NCBI GenBank assembly: GCA_964554645.1 | Contig: CAZKPK010000003.1 | Coordinates: forward strand, 4,256-68,255 | Source of the DNA: an uncultured Candidatus Saccharibacteria bacterium | GTDB lineage: Bacteria; Patescibacteriota; Minisyncoccia; Phycocordibacterales; UBA9973 | Length of the DNA stretch: 64,000 nt | Direction: 5' to 3' | Shown here: positions 37,957 through 47,549 of the stretch, piece after piece | Numbering within the stretch: the first letter of the stretch is position 1 | Layout: each line of letters opens with the position of its first letter | Made by a program: the position numbers and the translations under genes | Notes under the pieces: model-generated | The model's input: the letters and a program-made list of their open reading frames with translations, nothing else | Told to the model about the DNA's origin: nothing | Databases searched by the model: none

Positions 37957-37989
37957 CATAATGGCAACAGCCGTTGCCATTAGTGAAAA
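37957..37989. repeat. family A palindrome (copy 4, TAATGGCAACagccGTTGCCATTA)
   Basis: 10-bp perfect arms. Confidence 0.7.
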
Positions 37990-38041
37990 AAGCCAGTGCA
38001 TTCCTCCTTGTGGGAGGGGTTAGACTGGCTCTTCCTGCGAG

Positions 38042-38647
38042 TTAATTAGTAACTCGCAACTTTGGCTGAACATTCGGCACCACCTTGCTGGGTGTGGGCT
38101 GAGAGAAACTTACTGGTGACCGCACTAGCAAGGTGTGGAGACACCAGTCTGCCAGCGGTAGCACCACATTGAAGTTCCGGTGCATGTATCGGTGATGAAG
38201 CAGGTGATGCCCGTTGAGCCGGAAAAAGATTCCGATACGTTCCACTCTCCGGCTAGGAGATTTGGGTAGATGCATACACCAATGCAGATACTCATACATT
38301 GAATAGTATGCAATACCAGCGGTGATTGAACCCAAAAGGAGCCACCAATTGCTTACTAAAAGGCAGGTGACTAAAAAGGGATATTGACAAACCATGATTA
38401 AAACAGGTCCGTTCCACCAGGCCATGGGGATTTTTTGCTTGTCCTGTTTATTTTCATCGATGAGATGGTAATTTCTTTCTGAACCATATTCACGATGATG
38501 TATCTTCGCGTGCGCCTCAAAGGCGTATGTGAAAGTGAAACCGAAAATTTTGACTGGCTTATGCATCACATAGCGATGCAATGTCCATTCAAAAAATGAG
38601 TCGACAAACATGCCGACAATGAAACCAACTAGAAGGAACAAAATCAT
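38042..38647 (-). CDS. fatty-acid hydroxylase / sterol-desaturase superfamily membrane protein (GC-rich, likely acquired)
   Basis: Histidine boxes HRYVMH, HAKIHH, HHLLHH; visibly higher GC than flanking DNA; flanked by diverged direct repeats. Confidence 0.6.
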   Translation of the reverse strand: MILFLLVGFIVGMFVDSFFEWTLHRYVMHKPVKIFGFTFTYAFEAHAKIHHREYGSERNYHLIDENKQDKQKIPMAWWNGPVLIMVCQYPFLVTCLLVSNWWLLLGSITAGIAYYSMYEYLHWCMHLPKSPSRRVERIGIFFRLNGHHLLHHRYMHRNFNVVLPLADWCLHTLLVRSPVSFSQPTPSKVVPNVQPKLRVTN

Positions 38648-38743
38648 AATTTTTTTTATATTGTTGAGGTTTTGGTTATTCTTTTTTTAAATAACCATTT
38701 GTTCATTGTATTATAGCACATCAAAAAATTTTTGTGCTACTCA

Positions 38744-38895
38744 AACTTTATTAAAAACCGAAATAAGCGCGGAGTTAATCTTTTTCTTCATGATGAAGAA
38801 ATATTAACACAATTTTGTTTTTACTCAAACAAAAAAGCCAGTACTTGATTTTCCTCCTTTCGGGGTGCACTGGACTTTTCGAAAGTTAATCAGGA
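38744..38895. repeat. diverged duplicate of the purH 5' end and upstream region (compare 37851-38050)
   Basis: 26-bp identical run CTTTATTAAAAACCGAAATAAGCGCG, then about 65-70% identity including a remnant MKKKINSALISVF reading frame. Confidence 0.7.
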
Positions 38896-38918
38896 TTTCA
38901 GCCTGGCTCAAAAAACGA

Positions 38919-39167
38919 TTACCAAAACACATTGCCGTTCCCATCAACGATTTCTCGAACCTCTCTGCCTTCTAATATAGAAACAGAACCATCCGACACT
39001 ATCTTGATTTTTTTTCGGTCGAACAGCTTTGGTGTTTGGATGGCAAATCCGTTTTCCACTATTTTCTTGTTTCCATTCATCATTTTGACTACAAACGGAG
39101 CTTTTACTACCCAACATGACGCAGTGTTTATGCAAGGAAGCATGTCAAAAGTTTTTTCATTTTTCAC
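38919..39167 (-). CDS. hypothetical small protein
   Basis: 82-aa ORF, no motif. Confidence 0.2.
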   Translation of the reverse strand: MKNEKTFDMLPCINTASCWVVKAPFVVKMMNGNKKIVENGFAIQTPKLFDRKKIKIVSDGSVSILEGREVREIVDGNGNVFW

Positions 39168-39200
39168 AATTTGTGCCTTTCTCTAAATAGTATACACCCT

Positions 39201-40811
39201 TTATTCAAATTCGGTCGTGGCTGGGGGTTTGGGAGTCATATCAAAAAATACGCGGACGATGTTTTTGTGTTTGGTGAGAGCGCTGGTGATTTCATTCACC
39301 ACTTCTTCGGGAAAATAATAGCCCTTGGCGGTCATAAAATCAGATGTTTGCACGGCACGCACAACCAGAGAATGGCCATAGACTCTTTCGTCCCCTTTCA
39401 CTCCGACGGAATTAATGCCCAGAAGCGCGACGATAAGTTGGGAAATATTTTTGGTGAGATTATATTTTTTTAGAATATCGGTTACGGTTTTGTCCGCTTG
39501 GCGCACTAGTTCAATATTCTCTTTTGAGACTGGCGCGCCGACTACTCGCAGGTATAGACCCGGACCGGGAAAAGGATGGCGTTCATATACAGCGGGCGGA
39601 AGATTAAGCGCGCGGGCAAGTTCGCGGATTTCATATTTGAATAAATTTCTGAATGGATGCAAATCATTCACTTTCCACGAAAGTCCCACATTGTGGTGCG
39701 TTTTTATCATTGTTGATTCCCCTGCTTTGCCACTTTCAATGATGTCGGTCGCCAAGGTCCCCTGCGCAATAAAGCCGGCATTATATTTTATTATTTCTTT
39801 TTCGAATATTTTTTGATACACAGCGCGAAACTTCGCGCGTTTTTTTTCTCCGTCGATTGTCGCGCTGATATTTTTTATAAACTCCTTTCCGGCTCTAATC
39901 ACAACAAGTTTTTTTATTCCCGCATTTCTTGTATTTTCTTTCAATTCTTCAATCTCATTCGCTCGCAATCCACCAGTGTCTATCGCCACGCCAATCAGCC
40001 TTTTTCTCAAAACTGGAGCCAGAATAGCAGCCAGAGTGGTTGAATCCACTCCGCCCGAAACGCCCAAAATCATATTTTGTTTTTTTACCTCACCCTTTCT
40101 TCCTCTCCTATCAGGAGAGGGCTGGGGAGAGGTTACTATTGCCAAAACCTCTTTCTGAATCTGGTGAATCAAATTTCTTGGATCCCAATCTTTTCTACAA
40201 TCAGCAATGTTCAAGAAATTCTGTAGCATTTTTTTGCCCTCTCTTGTATTAACAACTTCGGGATGAAATTGGATTCCCATTACCCTATTACTCATATCAG
40301 CCATGGCTGATATGCTGCCGGATGCGCCAATTGAAATAAAGTTTTTTGGAAGTTTAGTGACAGTATCTCCATGACTTGCCCAGACTTCTGTTTTTTTCTG
40401 CACTCCACCAAAGAGAGGATGTGTAGTATCTAGTGTAACTTCAGCTGGTCCATACTCACGGTGTTCGTGCGGTTTACTCACCAGACCCCCAAGCTTATGC
40501 GCCAGAAGTTGCATACCGTAACAAATACCCAAGATGAAATATTTTTTACCGGAAACATCAAGCGAGTTTGGAAATTCCGGAGCCTCATGGCTATGAACAC
40601 TCCAATTACTGCCGGAAAGAATAACCGCTTTGGGAGTGTTATTTTTTAGCCACCGGTCTGCTTTTTTTAGCGGTAATATTATACTTCGCACGCCAAGCTC
40701 GCGCAGAGTTCTTCCGATAACTAGCGTGTATTGCGATCCGTAATCCACGATCAAGATTTGTATGTTATCCATAATAGAAAATTTATTTATAAAAATCTTT
40801 ACGGTGTCCAA
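39201..40811 (-). CDS. guaA: GMP synthase (glutamine-hydrolysing)
   Basis: Class I GATase (GICYGMQ...H) plus PP-loop SGGVDS and GMP synthase C-terminal domain. Confidence 0.9.
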   Translation of the reverse strand: MDTVKIFINKFSIMDNIQILIVDYGSQYTLVIGRTLRELGVRSIILPLKKADRWLKNNTPKAVILSGSNWSVHSHEAPEFPNSLDVSGKKYFILGICYGMQLLAHKLGGLVSKPHEHREYGPAEVTLDTTHPLFGGVQKKTEVWASHGDTVTKLPKNFISIGASGSISAMADMSNRVMGIQFHPEVVNTREGKKMLQNFLNIADCRKDWDPRNLIHQIQKEVLAIVTSPQPSPDRRGRKGEVKKQNMILGVSGGVDSTTLAAILAPVLRKRLIGVAIDTGGLRANEIEELKENTRNAGIKKLVVIRAGKEFIKNISATIDGEKKRAKFRAVYQKIFEKEIIKYNAGFIAQGTLATDIIESGKAGESTMIKTHHNVGLSWKVNDLHPFRNLFKYEIRELARALNLPPAVYERHPFPGPGLYLRVVGAPVSKENIELVRQADKTVTDILKKYNLTKNISQLIVALLGINSVGVKGDERVYGHSLVVRAVQTSDFMTAKGYYFPEEVVNEITSALTKHKNIVRVFFDMTPKPPATTEFE

Positions 40812-41034
40812 ATTTTAGAAAATAGGCATTGCCTTTTTTAATGTCAAAAGAGGCTCTGTAGTCTCCTATCCTCATACGATAATCTCCATACTCAAAATAT
40901 TCCAGCCTTTTAGCAAAATTTAGCGGATTATTATTTTCAAAAATAAAATCCAGTTTATTAAGAATTCTTTTTTGAATTAATTTTGGAAGTAAGGCTAAAG
41001 TTTTTATTCCCTCTTCAGTAACAAAATAACGCAT
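40783..41034 (-). CDS. RelE/ParE-family toxin
   Basis: 83 aa with ...YRMRIGDYRASFDI...FGHRKDFY, characteristic of RelE/ParE. Confidence 0.55.
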   Translation of the reverse strand: MRYFVTEEGIKTLALLPKLIQKRILNKLDFIFENNNPLNFAKRLEYFEYGDYRMRIGDYRASFDIKKGNAYFLKFGHRKDFYK

Positions 41035-41037
41035 AGA

Positions 41038-41262
41038 TTAAATTAAACCTAGTTTCTTGTATACTTGTTGACCAGTGTAAAACTTTTTAGAACTTCTAGC
41101 TCGAGCAATACTTTTTCTGTAATTTACAGAAGCGTACATCTCCAAGTCTTCTTGCATTTCCTCAAATCTAGCTCGCATTTTTTCCCAAGTGTTTGTTGGT
41201 ATTACAACAACAGGCTTACGATTAAGCGTCCCAATATTTATTTTTTTCAATAAAATGTTCAT
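41038..41262 (-). CDS. putative antitoxin
   Basis: 74-aa ORF immediately upstream of the toxin with a 3-nt gap. Confidence 0.4.
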   Translation of the reverse strand: MNILLKKINIGTLNRKPVVVIPTNTWEKMRARFEEMQEDLEMYASVNYRKSIARARSSKKFYTGQQVYKKLGLI

Positions 41263-41387
41263 ATTTTAAGAATACAGCATTTTCTAAAAAGTTGCAACAA
41301 GTTTCTTTAGCAAGAACGTACTTTTTTGTAACTACCAAAAAGGTATTTACGAGAAATCTATTTATATGCTATCATACACAATATATT

Positions 41388-42878
41388 ATGTCTTCGAAAG
41401 CAAGAGAAAAAAAAGAAGAAAAATTCACAGAGGGTCTTACTTATGATGATGTTTTGCTTATACCGCAATATTCAGAAGTTTTGCCTCGGGAAGTTGATAT
41501 TTCTTCTTTTCTCACCAGAAAAATAAAACTCAATGTTCCGATTGTTTCGGCTGCGATGGACACGGTGACTGAAGCGGCTTTGGCGATCGCCATGGCGCAG
41601 GAAGGAGGAATAGGGATTCTGCACAAAAATATGAGCATTGAGAAGCAAGCGGCTGAAGTGCGCAAGGTTAAGCGCTCCGAAAGCGGAATGATTCATGATC
41701 CGATAACTCTCAAAGAAGACGCGTTGCTAAAAGAAGCGCTGCGACTTATGAAGGAAAATAAAATTGGCGGAATACCGATCGTTGACAAAAATATGCGACT
41801 CAAAGGTATTTTAACTAATCGCGATTTAAGATTTCAGAAAAATTTAGAACTTCCAGTCGGCGAGATAATGACCAAAACAAATTTAATCACTGGCAGTCTT
41901 GGGACAGATTTGCGGGAAGCGGAAAAAATACTCACAAAATATAAAGTTGAAAAATTGCCTTTGGTGGATAAACAAAATAAACTTATTGGTCTGATCACTT
42001 ACAAAGACATAATGAAAGTAAAGTCTCGACCAAATTCTTGCCGAGATTATTTCGGTCGTTTGCGAGTAGGCGCCGCGGTAGGAATAATGGCTGATACATT
42101 AGAGAGAGTAAAAGCGCTTGAACAAAACGGAGTCGATGTGATAGTTATTGATACGGCTCACGGCCATTCAAGAGGAGTGATTGAAATGTTGAAGAAAATA
42201 AAAAAAGAATTTCCAAAATTAGAAGTTATCGTCGGAAACATTGCTACCGGAGAAGCGGCTAAAGATTTAGTTAAAGCCGGAGCGGACGCGATAAAGGTGG
42301 GCATCGGACCGGGGTCAATTTGCATCACCCGCGTAATTGCCGGCGTAGGTTTTCCGCAGTTTTCCGCCGTTTATGAAGTGGCGCGAACGATTAAAGATTC
42401 AGGCGTACCAATTATCGCGGATGGAGGAATTCGGCATACCGGAGATATTCCAAAAGCTATCGCGGCCGGGGCCAGTTCGATTATGACAGGTTCTCTTTTT
42501 GCTGGAGTGGAAGAATCTCCGGGCGAGACAATAATTTTAGAAAGCAGAAAATATAAAACTTATCGCGGCATGGGCTCGGTTGAAGCCATGAAGCAAGGTT
42601 CCAAGGACAGGTATTTCCAAGATGCAGAGGATGACATTAAAAAACTTGTGCCGGAAGGGATCGTAGGCCGAGTCTCTTTCAAAGGCGGGCTTTCGGAAGT
42701 AATTTATCAACTAGTGGGAGGTCTCCGATCCGGCATGGGATATTGCGGGGCAAAAGATATCAAGACTTTACAAAAAAAAGCAAAATTTATCAGAATCACG
42801 CAATCCGGCATAGAGGAGAACCACCCGCATGATGTTATAATTACCAAAGAAGCTTCCAATTATAGCGTGGGAGAATAA
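41388..42878 (+). CDS. guaB: IMP dehydrogenase
   Basis: [11 protein letters not shown] start, tandem CBS pair, [11 protein letters not shown] catalytic loop; start set at ATG 41388. Confidence 0.9.
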   Translation: MSSKAREKKEEKFTEGLTYDDVLLIPQYSEVLPREVDISSFLTRKIKLNVPIVSAAMDTVTEAALAIAMAQEGGIGILHKNMSIEKQAAEVRKVKRSESGMIHDPITLKEDALLKEALRLMKENKIGGIPIVDKNMRLKGILTNRDLRFQKNLELPVGEIMTKTNLITGSLGTDLREAEKILTKYKVEKLPLVDKQNKLIGLITYKDIMKVKSRPNSCRDYFGRLRVGAAVGIMADTLERVKALEQNGVDVIVIDTAHGHSRGVIEMLKKIKKEFPKLEVIVGNIATGEAAKDLVKAGADAIKVGIGPGSICITRVIAGVGFPQFSAVYEVARTIKDSGVPIIADGGIRHTGDIPKAIAAGASSIMTGSLFAGVEESPGETIILESRKYKTYRGMGSVEAMKQGSKDRYFQDAEDDIKKLVPEGIVGRVSFKGGLSEVIYQLVGGLRSGMGYCGAKDIKTLQKKAKFIRITQSGIEENHPHDVIITKEASNYSVGE

Positions 42879-42929
42879 GATAAAATGACCCATTCGACAA
42901 ACTCAGGGTCATGGTGATAAAATAGAACC

Positions 42930-44249
42930 ATGAAAAATGGATTTATTGATGTGGTTGTCGGCTTGCAATGGGGGGATGAAGGAAAAGGCAAAAACATAGA
43001 TGAACTTCTTTCGCATAAAGTTTATTCCGCAGTGGCGCGTTTTCAGGGTGGAGCGAATGCCGGGCACACTATTAAATTAGGAAATGCGACCTTTGTTGGA
43101 CATATTGTGCCCTCCGGTTGTTTCCAAAGAAATATAGAATTATATATTGGCAATGGTGTGGTGGTTGATGCTGTGTCTTTGATTAAAGAAATAGAACAGC
43201 TTAAAAATTTAGGTTTTGATGTTACCAAACGTCTTTATATTTCAAATCGGGCGAAATTAGTTTCATATTTGCATCCTTTCTTAGATCAAGCGGACGAATA
43301 TCATGGGAGCAATTTAGGAACAAAAATAGGCTCGACTTCCAGAGGTATAGGTCCGGCTTATAGCGATGCGCGAGCGCGCAGAGGGCTCTTGCTCGGCGAT
43401 CTTTTATTGCCTGATTTCAAACAAAAAGAATCCGCTCTTTCAAAATTTCATCTGAATTTTTTGAAAATGTATGAAGAAAAATATGGTTTTAAAGTTGATC
43501 TGGAAAAAATAAAAGAAGCGAAAGAAAAATGGCTACAGGCCCTAAAAGAGGTGAAGAAACTAAAAATTTGCGATTTATCATTTTTAATCCAAAAAAGATT
43601 GAGAGAAGGGAAAAATATTTTAGCTGAAGGCGCGCAGGGCGCAATGCTCGATATTGATTTTGGAGATTATCCGAATGTGACTAGTTCCAATACTCTGCCG
43701 GTAAATGTTTGTCTGGGTCTGGGTGTGCCTCATATTTATTTACGAGATATTTATGGTGTGATAAAAGCTTATACCACGAAAGTGGGTGGCGGAAACTTCC
43801 CAGCCAGAATTAAAGACGAAGCGCTAGAGAAATTTTTTCAAAAGGCGGGCAATGAATTCGGAGCTACCACCGGACGGCCCAGAATGTGCGGCTGGCTTGA
43901 TTTATTTGCGCTTCGTTATGCAATTACCCTCTCGGGCGCTAATAAAATTTTTATCAATAAGGCCGATATTTGCTTGAGCGACAAAGTAAAAGTTGTAACC
44001 GGGTATAAAAATAATAAAAAGATTTTTAAAGAATTTCCGCTTTATTTAAATCAAGTAACAAGTGTCGTTACCGAAGAAATACCAGGCTGGGGCAATACTA
44101 ATTTTAGAGTTAAAGATAAGAAAAAAGTTTCCAAAGAGCTTAAATCGTATTTAGACTATATCAAAAAGAAACTTTCCGATCTGGATGTGAAAATCATCTC
44201 CGTCGGCACCGGCCAAGACCGCGAGGATTTTTTTAATTGGGATAAATAA
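42930..44249 (+). CDS. purA: adenylosuccinate synthetase
   Basis: VVVGLQWGDEGKGK and GANAGHT motifs. Confidence 0.9.
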   Translation: MKNGFIDVVVGLQWGDEGKGKNIDELLSHKVYSAVARFQGGANAGHTIKLGNATFVGHIVPSGCFQRNIELYIGNGVVVDAVSLIKEIEQLKNLGFDVTKRLYISNRAKLVSYLHPFLDQADEYHGSNLGTKIGSTSRGIGPAYSDARARRGLLLGDLLLPDFKQKESALSKFHLNFLKMYEEKYGFKVDLEKIKEAKEKWLQALKEVKKLKICDLSFLIQKRLREGKNILAEGAQGAMLDIDFGDYPNVTSSNTLPVNVCLGLGVPHIYLRDIYGVIKAYTTKVGGGNFPARIKDEALEKFFQKAGNEFGATTGRPRMCGWLDLFALRYAITLSGANKIFINKADICLSDKVKVVTGYKNNKKIFKEFPLYLNQVTSVVTEEIPGWGNTNFRVKDKKKVSKELKSYLDYIKKKLSDLDVKIISVGTGQDREDFFNWDK

Positions 44250-44266
44250 ATTTAAATTTAGTAATG

Positions 44267-44296
44267 CCATAATAACAACGGCCGTTGCTATTATGG
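44267..44296. repeat. family A palindrome (copy 5, CCATAATAACAACGGCCGTTGCTATTATGG)
   Basis: Lies between convergent purA and purD. Confidence 0.8.
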
Positions 44297-44304
44297 TATC
44301 TTCT

Positions 44305-44325
44305 GCGTTAGGTCTTGCCTAACGC
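44305..44325. repeat. family B hairpin (copy 2); encodes the last five codons and stop of purD
   Basis: Reverse strand reads GCG TTA GGC AAG ACC TAA = ALGKT*. Confidence 0.75.
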
Positions 44326-45594
44326 GCTTTTGCCTATATCTCTCCTATATTGCATCCCTTTAAAAGAAATTTTATCTATAGCTTTATAGGTCTTATCGAG
44401 CGTTTCTTGTAAAGTATTTCCGACAGCCGAAACTCCAAGCACTCGCCCGCCATTAGTTACTAGTTTGCCTTTTTCCATTTTTGTGCCGGCGTGAAAGATC
44501 ACGATATCACCACCCCCTCCCCCCTCCTCAATGAAGATGGGGTTCCCCTTCTCATAATTTCCCGGATAGCCACCAGAAGCAAGTGCAATGTTGCATGCAA
44601 AAGTATCCTTTTTCCATTTTATTTCTAAATTATTCAATTTCCCATCAATACTCGCATCTATAATATCTAGCAAATCAGTATCTAATAATCTCATATATGT
44701 TTGCGTTTCTGGATCGCCAAAGCGCGCATTGAATTCAAAAACCTTCGGGCCGTTTTTGGTCAGCATTATTCCCGGATATAATATGCCGACAAATGGTCTG
44801 CCTTCTTTGGTCATACCCGCCAATGTCGGCGCGACGATTTCTTTTTCAATACGGGCTAGGAGTATATTATTTACAAAAGGAAGCGGAGCGATCACTCCCA
44901 TTCCGCCGGTATTGGGTCCCGCATTGCCGTCGAATATGCGTTTATGATCTTGCGAGCTAGGAAATATTTTAAAGTTTTTACCATCGGAAATTGCGTGAGT
45001 GGAAATTTCTACGCCCTCTAAGTATTCTTCGATGACCACTTCATTTCCGCCTACTCCAAAAATCTTATCTATAAAAATTTTTTGGAGTGCTTCGATTGCT
45101 TTTTCTTTTGTTTGCGCGACGGTTACCCCTTTGCCGAGCGCGAGCCCGCTTGCTTTTATTACCACTGGCACTTGTCCCTTTTCCACATAAATTTTTGCTT
45201 TTTCAAAATCGTTAAAAACCGCGTATTTTGCTGTGGGAATATTATGTCTTTTCATAAAATCCTTGGCATAGGCCTTAGACCATTCTAGTTCGCTTGCTCC
45301 CTTGCTCGGTCCCCAAACTCTTAATCCAACTTTTTGAAATTCATCCACCATACCCACAGATAAGGGATTATCAGAAACTACGAGCGTGAGGTCAATTTTT
45401 TCTTTTCTTGTGAATTCTAAAAGTTTCAAAATTTCTGTTTCTTTAATATCTAAATTAGTTCCCAGCTTCGCCGTACCGGCATTACCTCGGGCAAAAAATA
45501 ATTCTCCGACTCTTTCCGACTGCGCTATTTTCCAGCCCAAAGCATGCTCCCGTCCCCCTCCCGCTCCGATTATTAAAATTTTTTGTTTTTGCAT
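44308..45594 (-). CDS. purD: phosphoribosylamine-glycine ligase
   Basis: MQKQKILIIGAGGREHA N-terminus and ATP-grasp domain; start trimmed to MQKQK. Confidence 0.85.
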   Translation of the reverse strand: MQKQKILIIGAGGGREHALGWKIAQSERVGELFFARGNAGTAKLGTNLDIKETEILKLLEFTRKEKIDLTLVVSDNPLSVGMVDEFQKVGLRVWGPSKGASELEWSKAYAKDFMKRHNIPTAKYAVFNDFEKAKIYVEKGQVPVVIKASGLALGKGVTVAQTKEKAIEALQKIFIDKIFGVGGNEVVIEEYLEGVEISTHAISDGKNFKIFPSSQDHKRIFDGNAGPNTGGMGVIAPLPFVNNILLARIEKEIVAPTLAGMTKEGRPFVGILYPGIMLTKNGPKVFEFNARFGDPETQTYMRLLDTDLLDIIDASIDGKLNNLEIKWKKDTFACNIALASGGYPGNYEKGNPIFIEEGGGGGDIVIFHAGTKMEKGKLVTNGGRVLGVSAVGNTLQETLDKTYKAIDKISFKGMQYRRDIGKSALGKT

Positions 45595-45602
45595 AAAAAT
45601 TG

Positions 45603-46166
45603 TTAAACACTCGGTGTTGAACATAATTTTTCTAAAATTTCCACATACATTTTATTCTCTTTCTTTTTTAGTCTAGCATACAAAGATTCGATAGTATCAT
45701 CGGCCTCAACTTTTTCAAAAGTTCTTCCCAAGACTGGCCCGAAATCAAAATTCAAAGTCAGAAAATGAACAGAAGAACCCGCGTAAGTAGATTTTTGGTC
45801 CAAGAAATTCTGGATAGCTTTATTGCCGTACATTCCTTTATTCCATAAAGCTTTAGTGCCATCTGGATTTTCCACAGTTCCATCAATCGTGTTTGGAATG
45901 AGTCCCGGATGTAAATTCAAGATTTTATTTTGATATTTTTTAATCATTTCATCAGGGATAATTTTCTTCCAACCGCTGAGGCACATGTAATCTGGCGATA
46001 TTTTGTCTATTATCGGTTTAGGATTCTCTTTATCAGAAACCACCGCAGAAATTTCAGCATTAATTTTACCTTTATCAATTGCATCTCTAATTGCTCTGAG
46101 GTTGGTTTGAGTACCCCCTTCATGAACTAAAAGCACTAATTTTAATTTAATCTTTTGGAACATCAT
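45603..46166 (-). CDS. purN: phosphoribosylglycinamide formyltransferase
   Basis: NLHPGLIP motif and formyl-transferase fold length. Confidence 0.75.
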   Translation of the reverse strand: MMFQKIKLKLVLLVHEGGTQTNLRAIRDAIDKGKINAEISAVVSDKENPKPIIDKISPDYMCLSGWKKIIPDEMIKKYQNKILNLHPGLIPNTIDGTVENPDGTKALWNKGMYGNKAIQNFLDQKSTYAGSSVHFLTLNFDFGPVLGRTFEKVEADDTIESLYARLKKKENKMYVEILEKLCSTPSV

Positions 46167-47547
46167 AATTTACTTCGTTTTTGCGTTCTTTTAAATCAAT
46201 TGGGTAAATGCCTGTGAAGCATGAAGTGGATAAATGCTCTTCTGGCAAGCCGATCGATTTTATTAAGCCGCCAAGCGAAAGATAATGCAACGAGGTGGCC
46301 CCGAGAAATTTGCGGATTTTTTCTACAGTTTTGCGAGAGGCAATCAATTCGTTTTGGTCTGGAGTATCCATGCCGTAAAAGTCCGGAAAACGTATCGGTG
46401 GAGAAGAGATTAGAAGATGCACTTCTTTGGCGCCTGATTTAAAAAATGTTTTTACCAGTCTTTTGCAGGTATTTCCTCTGACGATAGAGTCATCTATCAC
46501 CGCTATTTTTTTGCCCTTTAAAACTTGCGGAAGAGGAATAAGTTTCAGCGCCACACTATGCCGACGGGATTTCTTATCGGGTTCGATAAAAGTTCTGTGG
46601 ACATAGCGATTTTTCACTAAAGCCATTTCGATCGGAATACCGGAAACTTCGCTATAGCCTAAGGCAACGGGAGTTGCCGTATCAGGCACCGGCACTATGG
46701 CATCGACTTTTAGTTTAAATTCTTCAGCCAGAACTTTTCCGAAATTTTTTCTGACTTCATATATCAATTTGCCGTTCAGCACGCTGTCCGGCCGGGCAAA
46801 ATAAACATATTCAAATATGTCATGTTTTGGATTCGATTTTTCCAATTGCGCGCTTTTAATTCCCTTTTCATTTATCACAACCATTTCTCCCGGTTTTATT
46901 TCTCTGGAAAGTTTTGCGCCGATAGTTTTAAGCGCGCAGGTTTCCGATACAACAATAAAGCCCTTGCCGATTTTCCCTAGCGCGAGCGGGCGCATTCCAT
47001 AAGTGTCCCGCACGGCGATCAAGGTATCCTTATTCATCATTACTAACGAAAATGCCCCAGTCATCAGAGGAAAAACTTTTTCCACAGATTTTTCCAGCGA
47101 GTGGCCTTCTTTTATAAAAAAATTTATGCTATCGGCTATTAGTTCTGAATCCGATCTGTTTTCTTGCAATATCTTCTGCTCTATCAGAAATTTTTGGAGC
47201 AGTTTAACGCTGGGTAAGTTGCCATTGTGCGCGAGCGCAAAAGCATTATCCATCATATCCACCACTGGTTGGGCGTGATCGAGAGCGCTCCCGCCGGAAG
47301 TGGAATATCGGTTGTGTCCAATGCCTATATGCCCTTTTAAATTTTCTATATCTTTTTCTTTATAAACTTGCGCCACGAGTCCCGCACCTTTGTGAGTGTG
47401 AAGTTTTTTACCATCGCTCGTGGTAATGCCGGATGCCTCTTGTCCCCTATGCTGTAAAGCAAACAAGGCAAAAAAAGCCAGTTTAGAGACAGGCAAACCC
47501 TTTCCGTATATGCCTACGATTCCGCATTTTTCTTTCAGTTCGCTCAT
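46147..47547 (-). CDS. purF: amidophosphoribosyltransferase
   Basis: MSELKEKCGIVGIYG Ntn-GATase start plus PRTase domain. Confidence 0.9.
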   Translation of the reverse strand: MSELKEKCGIVGIYGKGLPVSKLAFFALFALQHRGQEASGITTSDGKKLHTHKGAGLVAQVYKEKDIENLKGHIGIGHNRYSTSGGSALDHAQPVVDMMDNAFALAHNGNLPSVKLLQKFLIEQKILQENRSDSELIADSINFFIKEGHSLEKSVEKVFPLMTGAFSLVMMNKDTLIAVRDTYGMRPLALGKIGKGFIVVSETCALKTIGAKLSREIKPGEMVVINEKGIKSAQLEKSNPKHDIFEYVYFARPDSVLNGKLIYEVRKNFGKVLAEEFKLKVDAIVPVPDTATPVALGYSEVSGIPIEMALVKNRYVHRTFIEPDKKSRRHSVALKLIPLPQVLKGKKIAVIDDSIVRGNTCKRLVKTFFKSGAKEVHLLISSPPIRFPDFYGMDTPDQNELIASRKTVEKIRKFLGATSLHYLSLGGLIKSIGLPEEHLSTSCFTGIYPIDLKERKNEVNYDVPKD

Positions 47548-47549
47548 AA

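Noticed and set aside
38919-39186. Antisense and overlapping ORFs around 38919-39473
   Set aside because: They mutually overlap, and the ORF at 39171-39473 overlaps guaA on the opposite strand. Only the 82-aa minus-strand ORF is kept, at very low confidence.
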